Shown: positions 25,629 through 39,097 of the stretch, one piece after another
How positions within the stretch are numbered: position 1 is the first letter of the stretch
How the letters are laid out: each line of letters begins with the position of its first letter
Assembly (NCBI GenBank): GCA_028534125.1
Contig: CM052817.1
Span: 3,164,001-3,228,000 of the forward strand
Direction: 5' to 3'
DNA: 64,000 bases
Source: Lama glama
Lineage: Eukaryota
Made by a program: the position numbers and the translations under genes
Notes under the pieces: model-generated
What the model was told of the DNA's origin: nothing
Database searches by the model: none
The model's input: the letters and a program-made list of their open reading frames with translations, nothing else

Positions 25629-27137
25629 CTGCAGGGGCGAGAGCCAGCCACTGGGCACTTGACATCTCAGGTACTCAGGCTCCAGCCGAAGAGGGAGCCA
25701 GACACAGCCTCGGATGGGAGTAAATGCCGAGCGGGTCTCGGCTCCGTCTGCGTTCCGATCGTGCCGATACCGCTGCTGCGGTTGTTTATGGGCTGGGTTT
25801 GAAAGGGCCTGCCCTGTGATTGCGCCTGTGGCTGAGCGGCGGGCGGGCAGGAGCGGGGGTTCTCTGTTCTAGGTGCTCTTTTAATCCTCAGGACCACCCT
25901 CCCAGGGTCCCATCTTCCAGAGGTGGAAACTGAGGCTGAGCAAGGTTTGGTGACTGGCCTCCTGCAGGGTCACCGGCCTGCTGCCAGCTTTTCCTAATGA
26001 CAGGCTCACTGGAACACAGCTGAGCCTGCTCGTTTACGAGCCGCCCACGGCTGCCTTCACACTACACTGCCAGCTGATTTGCAGAGACCACATGGCCAGA
26101 CAAGCTGAAATGTTTACCAGCTGGCCTTGATGGGCAGTGTTTGCCCACCTGGGTCTAAAGTTGTGCGGGGGAGCCTCAGTGTGAGTGCAGGACTTTATCC
26201 ATCTTCCACCTACAGCTGTGTGCGCCCTCTGCCCCTGGCTTAGTCGCAGCACCTGCACATCCGTGCACACCGGGATCCTCTCTCTTGGAGACAGACCTCA
26301 GGCCACCCCAGGAGATCGTGGGCAGGAGATCCCCACATATCCCCCCACCCACCGGTCTTCCCTAGGCACTCTGCGTGTGTGTGGTCACCCACAGAAGGGA
26401 CAGTGCAGGGACATGGTGGTCACCCATGGTGCCCATCATGGCTGGGGACCCCTTCCGCCCTTCTGGAGTCTCTCCTACCTAATGAGTGGGTGTGGGTGGG
26501 TCTCAGGGGTTACTTCTCCCCCTAACTTCAGGCAAACACTTTCACCCCTTTTGAAATATCTATGGTTGAGCAAACTGAAGTCCACTTTGCCAGACAGCTG
26601 CTGATCTTCCATCCAGCCCTCTGTTCCCCAGGCGGGGGGCTCCCGCGAAACTGCACAGAGGCCAGGAGCCTACGCCCTGGGAGAGCTCTTCTCTCCTGAT
26701 TGTGGGGCAGGAGCGGGATTCAACCACAGAGACCCAGTGGAGCCCAGCCAGGGCGCTCGGAGATGTCAGCACCTACGGGGCATGTCCTGCCCACAAGTCT
26801 GCGTGGCCGGGCAGCACAAAGGATGCTGAGGGCCTGGGCTGGAGGCCGGGAGGACCAGCTCTAACTCACCGGCAGGGTCCCCTCGGTCTCAGGTCCTCCA
26901 CTGTGAAATGGGTATCAATGCCCATCTCAGTGAGTGGCTGAGGGTCCAGGGAGACCGTGCACCCAGTAGGGACACCAGCAGCCCTGCTGTGCCCGGCCCA
27001 TTCCCTCCTGAACCACATCCATTTCCCCTCCCACTGGCCTGGTCACGCTATGCGGTCAACACCTAGTTTCTCATGGGCTTGCCTGGCTGGACACACTGTG
27101 GGAGACTAGTCCAGGCCAGACTCAGAGTGGACAACCG

Positions 27138-27230
27138 GCTCACTCACTTGCTCACTCATTCATTCACTCACTCATTTGTTCATTCACTCATTCAGTGACT
27201 TGCTCACTCATTCGCTCATTCCTCTCACTA
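27138..27230. repeat. (TCAC/TCAT)n simple repeat
   Basis: ctcactcacttgctcactcattcattcactcactcatt... Confidence 0.9.
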
Positions 27231-29206
27231 TGGTCAGGCCCACCCTACTCCAGGTCTGCTGCCAACAAGACAAAGACCACCATTCACGGTGCTGATAGCT
27301 TGTGCGGTGGGAAAAGTGCTGATTTACAGTGCTTGCCAGTTTCTGTGGTGTGGGCCACCCCACTCTCAGGCTGGCAAGATGATTCTGATTACGGAGCTGA
27401 GAACAGAGGTGGGCGCTTGGCTCTCATGACCCCACCAGCTGCTGCTCTGGGGAGAGGCAGACAGGCTGACAGTGGTGACATGGTGTGACAGGGCAGTGGG
27501 CTTCCCTCTGTCCACAGCACGGATTGTGGCCACAGGGTCCTGCGGTGTGTGCAGTGTCCCAGCACCTGCCCAGGGCGACAGCACCTGGCCACGTGCTTAC
27601 TCATTCAGTGGCTCCAAGGGGGATACAGAGCTGAATCACCAGGCCCCACCCTGTATCCAAGTAGCTCCAGGCTCAGGGGCATGTGCAGAGCTGTGACAGG
27701 GCAGTGGATGTAGTGGAGCCCAGAGGAGGCGGTGGGCGGGGTGGGTGGCCCAAGACGGAGGAATGAGGGCTGCGCTCCCACAGGTGTGACGACAGGTGCA
27801 AGGTGACCCTGGGGAATGGCCTGTGGTGCAGGATGGCTGGGGGGGGGCTGTGTGTGACGAGTTGGGTGGGTCCTAAAGTCTGGGATGCTGTGTCCCCAAG
27901 TTTGGCTGGACTGGGCTGATCGGGCTCCCAAGCTGGGATAGCTGGAGTGGGGGAAGGCGGGAGGAGGCATGTGACACTTGCCCCTCCTCCTGCCGTGTTG
28001 AGCCCTGCTGGGGAGTCAGCCCCGTGTTGCTGTAAGTTGCTTTTGACTTTGTGCGTGGAGGACGGCAGGACAGGGGTGTGCACTGGCCTATGATCCTGTG
28101 ACTGCGGGCAAACCCGGAGCCTCTCTGAGCTCTGTTCTCCTGCTCAGTGAAGTGGAAGCAGCAGTCATGCTGCCGCAGGAGGGGGACCAGGGAAGAGCTA
28201 GGGGCTTGGACAGGGATGGGGGACCTGGCAGCAGCCTCTGTTCACCGAGCACTGGCCCACGACGTCCCCCACTGAGCACCACATGTGGGACCCATTTCAC
28301 AGATGAGGAGGCCGAGGTGCAGGAAACTGAGGTCACTTCCAGGCTCACGCCGCAGGCATGTGGAGGGCTGGGAGCCGACACTACTGTTCCCGTCATCAGC
28401 CAGGCCTCCGTGGCCTGGCCCGGAACCTGAACCTGTCCTCCATGTGGTGAGGTCCGCCCAGGGAACAGCTGCTCACACGTGTTGGCTCCCATTGTTGGTT
28501 AAGTGTGGCCCTGCCCAGGTCTTCGCTCCAGAGAGACCGGCAGGAGGAGGCTGGATGTGGTCAGAGCAGCGCAGGCCCCCAGGTGGCGCCCCCACTGCGC
28601 TCTCCCTCGCTGCTGCACAAGGGTCCCGGGGCTTGTCCCTACTGTCCCCCACCAGGCAATGGCAGGGCTGGGTCCTGTCACCTCTGCATCCCCAGCAGGG
28701 TCAGCACTGGGCCTGGTCCACAGGGGGCCCAGCCAGCGCTTGCTGAAGGCACAATCTACAGGTCCTGTCAGCTCTTATGTTCTGGAACATTCCATGGTCC
28801 TGCCACCAATGCACCTCCCTCAGGAACACAGGGGACCTTCCTCATAGCATGCTAGGCCCCTGGGCTCATCTGGCATGAAGCCCCCTCCCCATTAGAGGGG
28901 GGAGCCATCAGAGGCCTCTGGCCAGCCGCCGTGCTCAGCCAGTGTGGGGCGTAGGGGCCCAGTGACCCAGAAACACTCAGTGCTCAGGGGCCAGAACAAA
29001 TTGCCCCTTAACAGACTTTTCCGCTGGAGCGGAGCTCCTTGACTTCAGTCTATCCCCGCTGGAAAACAAGCACGTTCAAAATTATGCCACATCGTAACAC
29101 AGTGAGGTCGGCTATGCAGGGCCGGCCGCCAAGGACAAGGGCAGCTGAGCCCGGCCGCGGGGTGCGTGCTCTCAGGGCCCCCGGCTCCCGCACCCTCCCA
29201 GCTTAC

Positions 29207-29271
29207 CTCCTCCGACGTCCTGGGCTTCCACGTGGACCAGGTCAGGGTCGGCGTCCACCCCAGACACAGCC
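29207..29271 (-). CDS. SORCS2: SORCS2 coding exon (exon 6), 65 bp, phase 2 to 1; not shown in the ORF track
   Basis: Read by hand: ctgttccag|G GCT GTG TCT GGG GTG GAC GCC GAC CCT GAC CTG GTC CAC GTG GAA GCC CAG GAC GTC GGA GGA G|gtaagc = (W)AVSGVDADPDLVHVEAQDVGG(G). Phases match both neighbouring exons. Confidence 0.95.
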
Positions 29272-30974
29272 CTGGAACAGAATGGCTGAGGCTGGCATCA
29301 GGAACAGAGCCCCCAAGCCCTTCTCACAGGCCTGGTGTGACCCCTGAGCCCTGGGCAGCCACGTGGTGTCCTGGGTCTGAGGCCCCCCAGCTCTGTGAGT
29401 CAGAAGACACAGCCATCCCTGAGAACTCGCCTGCTCCTGGGAGGCCGACGGGGCCCCTGCCGCTGCCTTGCAGGGCGTGGGGGTGGCTGGGCATTCCTCC
29501 ATTTATAGTAGCTTAGAGAAGACTTTCACGTTTGTGTGTGTGTGTGGGGGTGTGGCCGTGTGTGTGTGGCGGGGTATGTGTGTGGGGGGTGGGGTGTGTG
29601 TGTTAATGACCAAGACTATCTCAGGAGGAAAGGAAGGCCTGGGAATATCACCCTAATTTTGCAAATGAGGAAACGGAGGCTCAGAGCTACAAAACAACAC
29701 CCCAGAGGGCGCGCAGCCTAAGCGGCAGGGCCGGGCTCACACCAGGAAGGATGTGAACTCCCTCCCCCCCCACCTCGCCCCCATCACAGCGCATTCTCGG
29801 GAAGGCACTGCTCTCTGCCGCGGGCCGCTCCCCACGGGCCGCTCCACAGGCCACGCTGGTCACGGGGCTCAGGCAGCACCTGGATCACAGCGGGGACCGT
29901 GGCTGCCAGGGGAGCACTCAGCGAGGCAGGAGAGATGCGTTCTGGGGTCACAGCTCCATGGGCGGTGTCCTCCAGGGGAGGCAGGGACAGGGTCCGGCTG
30001 CTTCAGCGCTGACCCCCCGACCACCCAGCACAGAGCCTGGCACCTAGGAGGTGGAGTGCAGATTTTTCTACCAAAAGGAGCCTTAGGGGTGATGTGATGT
30101 GGTCCAGGGTTTCCCAGACTCTGCCGATTCCCTGTCAGCTGGACTATCCTCTCTCCACCACTTTCTTTACATGTCAGCTCCCTTTAAAACCTGCTAAGGA
30201 GCTCAGCTGTCCCTAAGCAAGAACGCCCAGGACATCCTGGGCGAGATGAGCTGATTGTATTCCCTATAACATACAATCCAGCCAACAGCCAACATGGCTA
30301 TTAACGTCCATCCTCCAGGCCAACCCTCTCGTGGACGCTGACCTGATGCAGCAGACTTACTTTGCCAAAGAGCAAACTGAGAGTCTGACATGGAGGCCAC
30401 TTCCCACAGCTACTCAGTGCCCGGGACAGGAAACCCCACGGCCCCTCCAGGCCAGTGAGCAGTCGCCGGCAGAGTGCTCAGTCCCCATCACTGACAGCCC
30501 CCAGCCCGAAGCTGGCCCCTCTCAGGTCTCAGCCCACCTCCCAATGGGCCTGGCACCAGGGTCCCTGCTTGCTCCACTTCCTCCAGGGACCAGGTGGCCC
30601 CAGGTGACCCCAGGTGGCCCCTGGTGGACAGGGGAATTCCACAGTGGGTCTGCGTGCCTCAGGCCCGCAGATGCTCCATGTGGCGAGACTGGGCTGGCAG
30701 CCCTGCGGTCCGCGGTGTTTGGAACATGGGCGCCAGCATCAGCCACTCTGACCCCGGGTGGTCTCGGCTGCGAGGTGAAGTGTCAAAGCAGGTTTTGTGA
30801 ACAGACCGTTTGTGAGACCCTTGGAAGGAGGTCTCCTGCCTGACGTTTTCCTCTTTTCTGAATAAAGACGGACACTGTTCCATAGCCAGGGCACTGACAG
30901 GTCCCCAGCTGGGCGGGTGGAATTTTAGGTTGACCATCCATCATCTGCACGTGGGGAGATGACACCCAGCCCGG

Positions 30975-31156
30975 CCCTCCCTCGCTCGCTCACTCATTCC
31001 CTCGCTCACTCATTCCCTCACTCACTTGCTCATTCCCTCATTCCCTCGCTCATCCACTCACTCACACACTCACTCATTCGTCCACTCATTCATTGGCCCA
31101 TTTGTTCCCTCCCTCCCTCATCCACCCATTCACTCCCTCCCTTCCTCCCTCACTCT
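30975..31156. repeat. (TCAC/TCAT/TCCC)n simple repeat
   Basis: ctcgctcactcattccctcgctcactcattccctcactcac... Confidence 0.9.
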
Positions 31157-33701
31157 CCGTGGGAGCATCTCCACTGCCGCTGCCCAGCGCACCCCCACCA
31201 GGCCCCGCACCAGGCAGGGAGTATGGCGGTTCCCGCCCCGGAACCCCTTGTTCCTGGGCTTTGAGGCCCATGTGAAGCTCCGCATTTACACACCTCAGGT
31301 AGAGCCTGTGGGACACGACAGGCATTGACCTCGGGGCCTTCCTGTTTGTTAAGATCCCCAAAGACGGTATTTGGGGAAGGCCCTCGGTCTGCTGATTAGA
31401 AGCAGCCATCACACGAGAAGACTTGTGAGCAAGCGGGCTCTCGAAAGAGTCAAGAGCTCTGGGAACACAGGGAGTTGAGTTTTGCACCCTTTGAATGCTG
31501 GGAAACAGTTCTGGTAAAACCTCAGTACACCACAGCCAGGCCTGTGTGGGATGTGGTGGGGTGACCTCTGCCCGCCCCTCCCTGCTCTGTGACCGAGGCC
31601 CTGCACCTGTCCCGCCCCTCCCCGCCCCGTGACAGAGGCCCTTTAGCGTCCCACAGCTGCGCAGGCCTTGGAGCCAACGGGAGGGGAAAGCCGAGGCTCT
31701 ATGGGTGAGCCCGGGCTGGAGCAGGGAAGCAGACTTGAAAGTGCCTGGGGACACACAGGCGGACAGACCGGCCACAGGCAGAGGTGGCCCTGGCCCAGGG
31801 CTGCTGCTACAGGCGGTGTGACCTAGGATGAGTGCCCTGGCCTCTCTGAGCCTCAGCTTCCCCCTCGGTAACATGAGGGGAAGGCAGTCGGGGCAGCTGT
31901 GCAGATTTCATATGATGATGCACTCAGACCCACAGTCTGGTGCCTGGGGGACGGTCAGTATTCATGACGTGGCAGCTGCTGGGCGGCCGCTATGATTTTG
32001 TTCCAGTGCCGCTGAGAGACTAACAGAGAGGCCATGCCCCGGGGCCCGTTGTGGGCCCAGAATATAGCAGGTCTCCCAGCCCTGTGCTGCCCCCCAGCCG
32101 CGGCCCCACCAGGCCACTCTCACAAGCTCGTTCATTGTTTAAGCTTCTCAAAACATAAAGGGCCTGAGTCTTAGATGGAGCACGGGGCTTCGGCAATTCC
32201 CGCTGTCGGCTCAAGGACAAACAGCGCCTTGCAAGGACCTCAAAACAGCGGTATTCCCTGCTTACGAGAGGGGCCGCAGCCCCGCCTTGTCACTGCTCTC
32301 TGCGAAAGACTCCCAGCCCCGAGCGGGCAAGCGTCTGGCGTGATTATCGCTGGCACGTAACAGCTCAGAGCAATCTGAGCAACTTGGGGGGAGAAATCAT
32401 GAGATTTGCCCGAGACAATAACGTGTTTGAATGTTGCCAACTTACCTTCAGCGTCTGTGGGCTGTTTCCCTCTGTGGCCCGAGAGGTCTCCCGGGAGCCC
32501 GACAGGGCCAGGACCGGACGCACCAGCAGAGACCCCCGTTCTGCCAGTTCCCAGACCACCCGGCTCAGAAATCCCACCTCCTCACCCCACCCACCACCAC
32601 CCTGAGCCCTTGGGGCCGAGAGTCGACACCAGTGGCGAGGCTTGTGACTGATGCTGCGCTCCAGTTTCCGGAAGGAACCGGGCCCTCCCGGGGCGGCCGC
32701 ATCAGGAGAGAGCCACACACTGTGGCCCCGGGGTCCAGAGGAGGGACGGAGGCTCCCCTCCAGCCTGTGACGTAAGGCAGCGAACTAGTTTCCAGCCTGA
32801 TTGGCATGAAGATACAAAAGGAGCTGGAGGGGGACGAGGAGTTCTTTCCTCGGGTTTATCCCCCGGGGAGACAGGGCTGTGGCCTGGGGGAGGCCTGCGC
32901 AAGAGCCGGGGGAGGGGGGCCCAACGAGATAAGAGAGGAAGAGGATACGGTGCGTGAGCGCGCACACTCAGGAGAACGCGGTCTGCTGGGAAGAGCGCGT
33001 GTGTGGCCGTGCACACCTCCAGAGGCAGTTCACGCAGTGGGATGGGTGGGTGGGCTCTGAGCCGCGCGCCCGGCTTCCCCTCCCTCTGCCGCCAGAGCTT
33101 GGCCAAGTCTCATCCTCCCTGGGCCTCGCCCGTTCGTCCAACAAGCATCTCCTGAGCCCCTGAGCTTCCTGGCTGCTGCAGTCGGACTGGATCATCACTC
33201 ATATCTACTGCTGAGCAGCTCCCAAGAGAGAATTCCAATGGAGGGGGGGACCCCGGGCAGGAGTGCGGGGCTGAGATAGGGAGGGGCTGAGCAAGTCATG
33301 GGGCAGTTAGACAGGGGCTGAATCAGGACCAGGACAGGAGGGGAGGGGAGGGGAGTTGGGGATAGGGGCAGTGGACCTACTGTGTGTCGGGCACTGGGCC
33401 AGCTTTACGTGCATTAGCGCCTCTCCCTACTGTGGGGGAAGTGGAGGCTCAGAGAGGGAGATTCACCTGTGCAGAGATGCACAGCAGATTCATAGGCACA
33501 CACATGCCTGAAGGACACCAGGTCCCAACTCCCAACCGTTTCCTATGCAGCTGCCTCAGCAGAGAGGACACCCTGGAGGTCCCTCTGCGACGAGGAGGGC
33601 AGGGCTGGGGTCAGAGAGAAGGCGGGGATGCTGAGCTGGGGGCCGAGGGGGCTGACTTTGCCTTGCCGGGACTCCCGAGGTCCCGGTGGGGGCACGCTCA
33701 C

Positions 33702-33775
33702 CAGAACACGTGGTCTTTGGTCACTCGCTCCTGCAGGAGCGTCCACTTCTTCCCCAGGTCAGACGATACATAGAG
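33702..33775 (-). CDS. SORCS2: SORCS2 coding exon (exon 5), 74 bp, phase 0 to 2
   Basis: LYVSSDLGKKWTLLQERVTKDHVF(W), with Asp-box SSDLGKKW. Acceptor ttctcttttttctgccctaaag|CTC, donor TG|gtgagc. Confidence 0.96.
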
Positions 33776-35859
33776 CTTTAGGGCAGAAAAAAGAGAAACT
33801 AAAGTTTGGTCGTGACATGAGGAATGAACCTCTCCCAAGACCCCGATCTCCCCTGGGCGCTGAGTGCCTGGGGATATCGGTCCTGTCCAGCCCAGAGGAG
33901 GCCGTGTTGTTGGCGGGCCCTGCGCTCCAGGCGGGTACAGACCAACTTCCGTGAGGCGGAAGGTCAGGGTCAAGAGCTTCATAAATATCCATTCTGGACC
34001 CCAGGCCAGCTGGTTAGGAGCCCAGAGACGGGGCAGGTGAGGTCCCTGGAGGTGTGTCGGAGCACAGGCCACAGGCCGGACTTGAATGTCCCTTGTAAAA
34101 GGTCGGGGGTGGGGCGGCACTCGGGAGGAGGGAGGAGGGAGGAGGAAGTGGGAGCCGGTCAGTGCGGGGGAACCGCAGGGGCCCCTCTGCAGGCTGGCTG
34201 GGGCCTTGACCACTGCAGGAGCCCCGGCCTGCGCTCACTCGGACCGCACTTGGGGCTTATGCTCTGCGCTCACTGACTTGAATGACCTGTAACTTTATCT
34301 TTGGACTTGAGTTTTGCGAGTGAAACTGGATGGAACAAAGAGCCTGTGTAGGGCTCGGAGCCGGGTTCCCACGGTCCGGCCTCCCCGCCTCCCAGGACAG
34401 ACCCTTGGCTACCCGCCCACGGCCCTGCCTCCTCCAGAGGGCTGCCATCCCCAACCCCTGGGGGCCTGGGCTCAGCAGGGTGAGGGTTGCGAGCTGAGTC
34501 ATGAGGCCCTGGGGGCCTGGAGGGTCTGCACCCGCCCTGCCCCTGTCCCTGTGCACAGGGAGCATGACGTTAAATAGCTCATAAAAACACCACGACAGCT
34601 TGAAGGAGAGACTGCGGAAGGAAGGAAAGGGTTTGGCCTGAGTTTTAACCGTTTCTCATCTTGTGCTGGACTCTGCCTGAGACCAGCAGACAAGATAAGG
34701 AGATTGGGTTGGGGGAGCTGGCAAGTACGCTCCCAGCCTCTCTTGCCTGTCAGGTCCCGGCCCCACGGGACTGGCGAGCAGGTGCACACAGACACAGACA
34801 CACATACACGGACACACACACACACACACACACGCATGGGCTCCTGGCCACTACAGGCTCTCCCCTCCACTCCAGCCTGGGGGCCTGTGGTGGCCACAGC
34901 TTCTGCTCTGGGGTAAACCGCCTGCCTGTTTTGCTCCTGCAGCCCTTCCAATGCCTTTGTGACAAATTCTGTGTGTTGTGTTTCCCCTGGGCGTTATCTG
35001 GAGCTTCCTCATCTCCTCCCTGGATGCCGACTGTTGCCGGGCATCAGACCATCATCAGGGTCATGGAGATGTCTGCAGGCAGAGGAAGGCAGAGGCCATT
35101 CCAGGGGGGAGGGAACACTTGAGCCCAGACCCTGGAGTAGGACATGCATGTGAGGTGATCAGCAAGTAGTAGGTGCTCAGCAAACAGCAGATACGGCCCC
35201 ACGTGGGGGCCTCAGGTGGCAACCCAACCCCCACCCCGAGAAGGATGATGGGTCACTTCTGGTCCTTTGTCTGGGCCACCTGAGTGACCAAGCCTGGTCA
35301 CTCCCCCTCACATCTCACTTTACCCATCTGCAAATCGAGAGAGCGTAGCTCATATCCTTAAGCAATAAGGGAATAAAAAAATGAGACTGTGGCCGTCAGT
35401 TTCCAGGAGCCAGGTTGTAAAACCTCCACATCAAAGGTGGGCGTCATCGCTGCCGTCGCTGCCGACGCACCTGTGTGCACCTGTGTTTATGACACCTGCC
35501 CCAGGACTTTATGAAGCCTTTCCCATTTGCTCTCACGGGAAGTGGTTTTATAACGCACAGTCAATTACTGCAGAAATAGAACATCTCTGCTTAATAAAAG
35601 ACAAACACCAGCAAATGAACAAGAACAAACAGATCAGGGACATCCTAGTTACTGCAGCTGAAACCTGCACGGTGATGTCCTGGGGAGGGGTGGGCTTCGT
35701 CTAGATGTCCCTCTAAGAAAGGGGTGGAGGTGGCGGACCAGAACACACAGGCCTCTCTGATGTAAGGATAAAATGATCAGAAGTCAGAACAAGGGAGCCA
35801 TAAAGGAAACGCAGGGGGCTGAGGTCAGGGAAGGTGCGTTCGCAGACACGTGTGCTGGG

Positions 35860-36310
35860 AGGTCTTACGCGATTGTTAGAGGCACGGCTGTTCCCCCTAG
35901 GCTGGCTGAAACCCAGCACCCTTCCCTCCCTGCTGTGGGGCACTTGGTCCTACTGCAAAGGCTGAAAAGCTGAAACCCAGCATTGCTCAGACTCCCTAGC
36001 AGCTAGAGTTCTGGGTCCGCTTTATGCACTCGTGAAAGGTTTCTAAGGAGAAAGTGCCTCAGGGGCATCTCCCTGCTGCCTGGCGCCATTTTTGCTGTCC
36101 AGCAAGGTGACGGGGCCACGCTGGGCATCCATCCTCCAGCAGGGTGGAGGGGCGGGTGTGGTGGAGGCAGGAGCTGGACTCTGCATTCCAGTGTCCAATC
36201 TCTGACTTCGTGGATGTTCCTGGGTCAGGTGGGCTGCAACAGTGGTGATTTCAGATGCCTGGATTCTGGCATCAGCTGTATGTTCTTGACCTTGGTAACC
36301 CCAGCGGAGC
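35860..36310. mobile_element. Old ERVL-type LTR (LTR33/LTR16-like)
   Basis: actgcaaaggctgaaaagctgaaacccagcattgctcagactccctagcagctagagttctgg resembles the recalled LTR33 consensus. Confidence 0.5.
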
Positions 36311-37584
36311 TCCCAGGCCCCCACCTCCTCCCTGCTGGTCCGGCTTCTGGGAGGATCCTTAGGGGTCTGGCCTGAAGTCCCCTTCCAGCCCTCCCAATGG
36401 TTTAGAGATGACTCAGTACCTCATGCTACACCCTTTTTCTGGATTCCTAAAATACCCAGAGTGAGGTCTCTTTCCTGCCTCGAGCCCTGTCAGATACAAG
36501 GGGCAGAGCACAAAGGCACACACGGCGAGGGGTGCGATTCTCACCACCCACAGAATGGTTCTGCGACTCAACAGAAGCCCAGTTTCTTCCCGATTCTGCA
36601 GTTTTCAGGTCAGAGAAAGCAAAACAGGGCATTGCAGCGCGTGGCCCTGCGGGGCCGCCCATCAGCTCTCTCTTGTGGGAGCTCTTGCCCACCCAGCCCC
36701 ACTGCCTTGGCAGCACTCTCCCTTCTCTTCAGCCTGGATAAACGCAAGCAGTTTCATGTGGACTGGAGGGTGGCAGGACTTCATTTTTCTTTTCTTGTGT
36801 GATCATCTTTGTGATTCTGAGATCAGACTAAGAAGTAAGCTTATATCCTGGCCCATTCTCTAAGTCCTAGTTCAACAACTCCTCCTCCAGGATGGCTTCC
36901 CTGACTGGCCACTCATAGTGTCTTTGCTCCTCTACGAAGTTTCTGGAAGGCAGTGCCAGGCTCAGACCAATTTCCGACGGTGCTAGGAAGCGGGTTCTTG
37001 ATGGGAAGCAGAATGAATCAGAAGAGTGGGTCTATCAGAATTCCAGAGGTCAGTGCCCAGGGCTCTGCCTGTGAGCAGCCCCCAGGTCTGGACTCCGGGG
37101 AACATGCTGGTCAGTTTTGTGCCAGGGTCCCCAGCAAGCTGGTGTGGGAGGGGACTGGCCAGCTCTCACATCCTTTTGATCCCAGCAGCCTAATGCATTC
37201 TGCTGAGCCTTGAAAGAAAAACCACTGCATGAGGCTCTCCCCCAAGAAGACTGTCCAGGCTCCAAATAAGGTAGTCTCAGAGCACGCCAAGCGATAATGA
37301 CGCAGCAAAGGAGGGAAGTGGAAGTGGGAGGACAGGGCAGACTGAGGATGGAAGGACAGTCTGTTTGCTAGAGGAGGGGCAGGCATCTGGGAGGGAAAAG
37401 GAAGGGAGAACACAGGGGAGCATTTGGTTTTGCAGAAATTGGCAAGTCCTACTGAGAGAGGTGTTTATGTCCTACCCGCTGACTCTGGGAATGGCACGTG
37501 ACTAGCTTAGGTCTGAGGTGTGTGCAGCGATGTCTTCCAGGTCAAATCAGACATGCAAAAGTTCTTGGTCTGTTTCCTCTACCC

Positions 37585-37825
37585 CCAGAGCCTCTGCCCT
37601 CCATCCTGAGAACAGCACATCCCCAAGTAACCAGTGGCCCCAGGATGAGAGACCCGAACTGTACCAGGAGCCAGGAGCCATGCCCAGCCAATCCTAGTCG
37701 AGCCCTATAGGACTCCAGCCAACTCATAGACCCAGGAACAAGAAAGAACGCCTATTGTTGTGAGCCACTGAGGTCTGGGGCTGTGTGTTACTCAGCATTA
37801 TAGCAGCAGACGCTGCCTATCACAC
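37585..37825 (+). mobile_element. MaLR LTR 3' part (old MLT1)
   Basis: tattgttgtgagccactgaggtctggggctgtgtgttactcagcattatagcagc is a typical MLT1 3' end. Confidence 0.7.
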
Positions 37826-39097
37826 CAGCTCTGTTGGAATCAAAGTCAGTGTTGTCCTATCACAGCATCCTGCTTCTGGGGAGTTGGAGACCTTTGAAAA
37901 CCATAAAGTCTAAAAAAAAAACAAAAACAAAAACAAAAACGACAGCCCTGCTGTCATTATTATTAATATCCTCAAATTCCTCATTCCTTTTACAACCACA
38001 GCTAAGCCTTTCTTCTGTGCTTTTTCTTTCCTTCTCGTCACAGAAAAGAACCAAAGAAAATAACTGTTTCAGCTCCATTAATTTTTCAGGGGACTATAAA
38101 TTAAAGAGCAATTGCAATGCAGTCAGTTTCTGCGGGAAAATAAGTCTCTGTGATTGTGCTTTAGTCTAATTACATGGAAGGCTAAGTAGTGCTATTAATA
38201 CCCAGAAGCACACGCTGTCCCAAAGGAACGTGCCAGAGCAGAGGCAGCCCGCGAGGCTGGGGAATTTCAGGGACATCCGTCAGTCAGTGAGGACCAGACC
38301 TTGGCCCTGAGAGAAGACTTGCTTTGGCCAGTGGAGTGTGAGTAGATGTGCTGTCTTCCAGGTCAAAGCAGACACAATAAATTCAAGGCCAGCAAGGAAG
38401 CCAGGTCCTGCAGCCAGCCACGGCTCAGGCCAGCCGGGAGGCTCTGTCCCGAGGTCCTTATGGTAGACATCCATCCATTCATTCATCCAACTGCCATCCA
38501 TCCACCCCTCCATCCATCCATCCATCCATCCATTTGTAAATCCAACCCCATCCATCCATCCACCATCCATCCATTCAGTATTTTCAGCCAGGAACTTGCG
38601 ATAAAATGGTGAAAGGAGCAGGCACAGCCCCTACCCTCAAAGTCTTACCCTGAGGGAGGGTGTGTGTAGGGCACAGACAAAAATCAGACAACAGCACAAA
38701 TGTATAATTACACATTGTGATCTGTCCCGGGAAAGAGGCACTGGCACCTGGAAGAGCGTGGAACCATGGGGCCCAGGCAGGCCTGGGGTTGTAAAGGAGG
38801 CTCCCAATGCGAATGGCTTCCACCCGCTCCAGACCCGTGCTCTGCCCTGCTCCTCCCTTCTCTGACCCTGGGGGCTGACCTGTGTAGACTGCATCCACAG
38901 ACTCCTTTCCTCTGGCTTCTGGTGGGATTCAGACCAGCAGGAGACTGGAGGGCGGGAGGAGAGAGAGCCAGGGCACCAGGACGCCTGCTCCCCGACTGCC
39001 CAGCCACCTTGTGTAGCGGCTGAGTTACTCGATCCTGGGCCGGCCTTCTCCTCGGCCCTTTCCTTGTGACTCTGGGGGCTGGGCCGCTAGTGGACAG

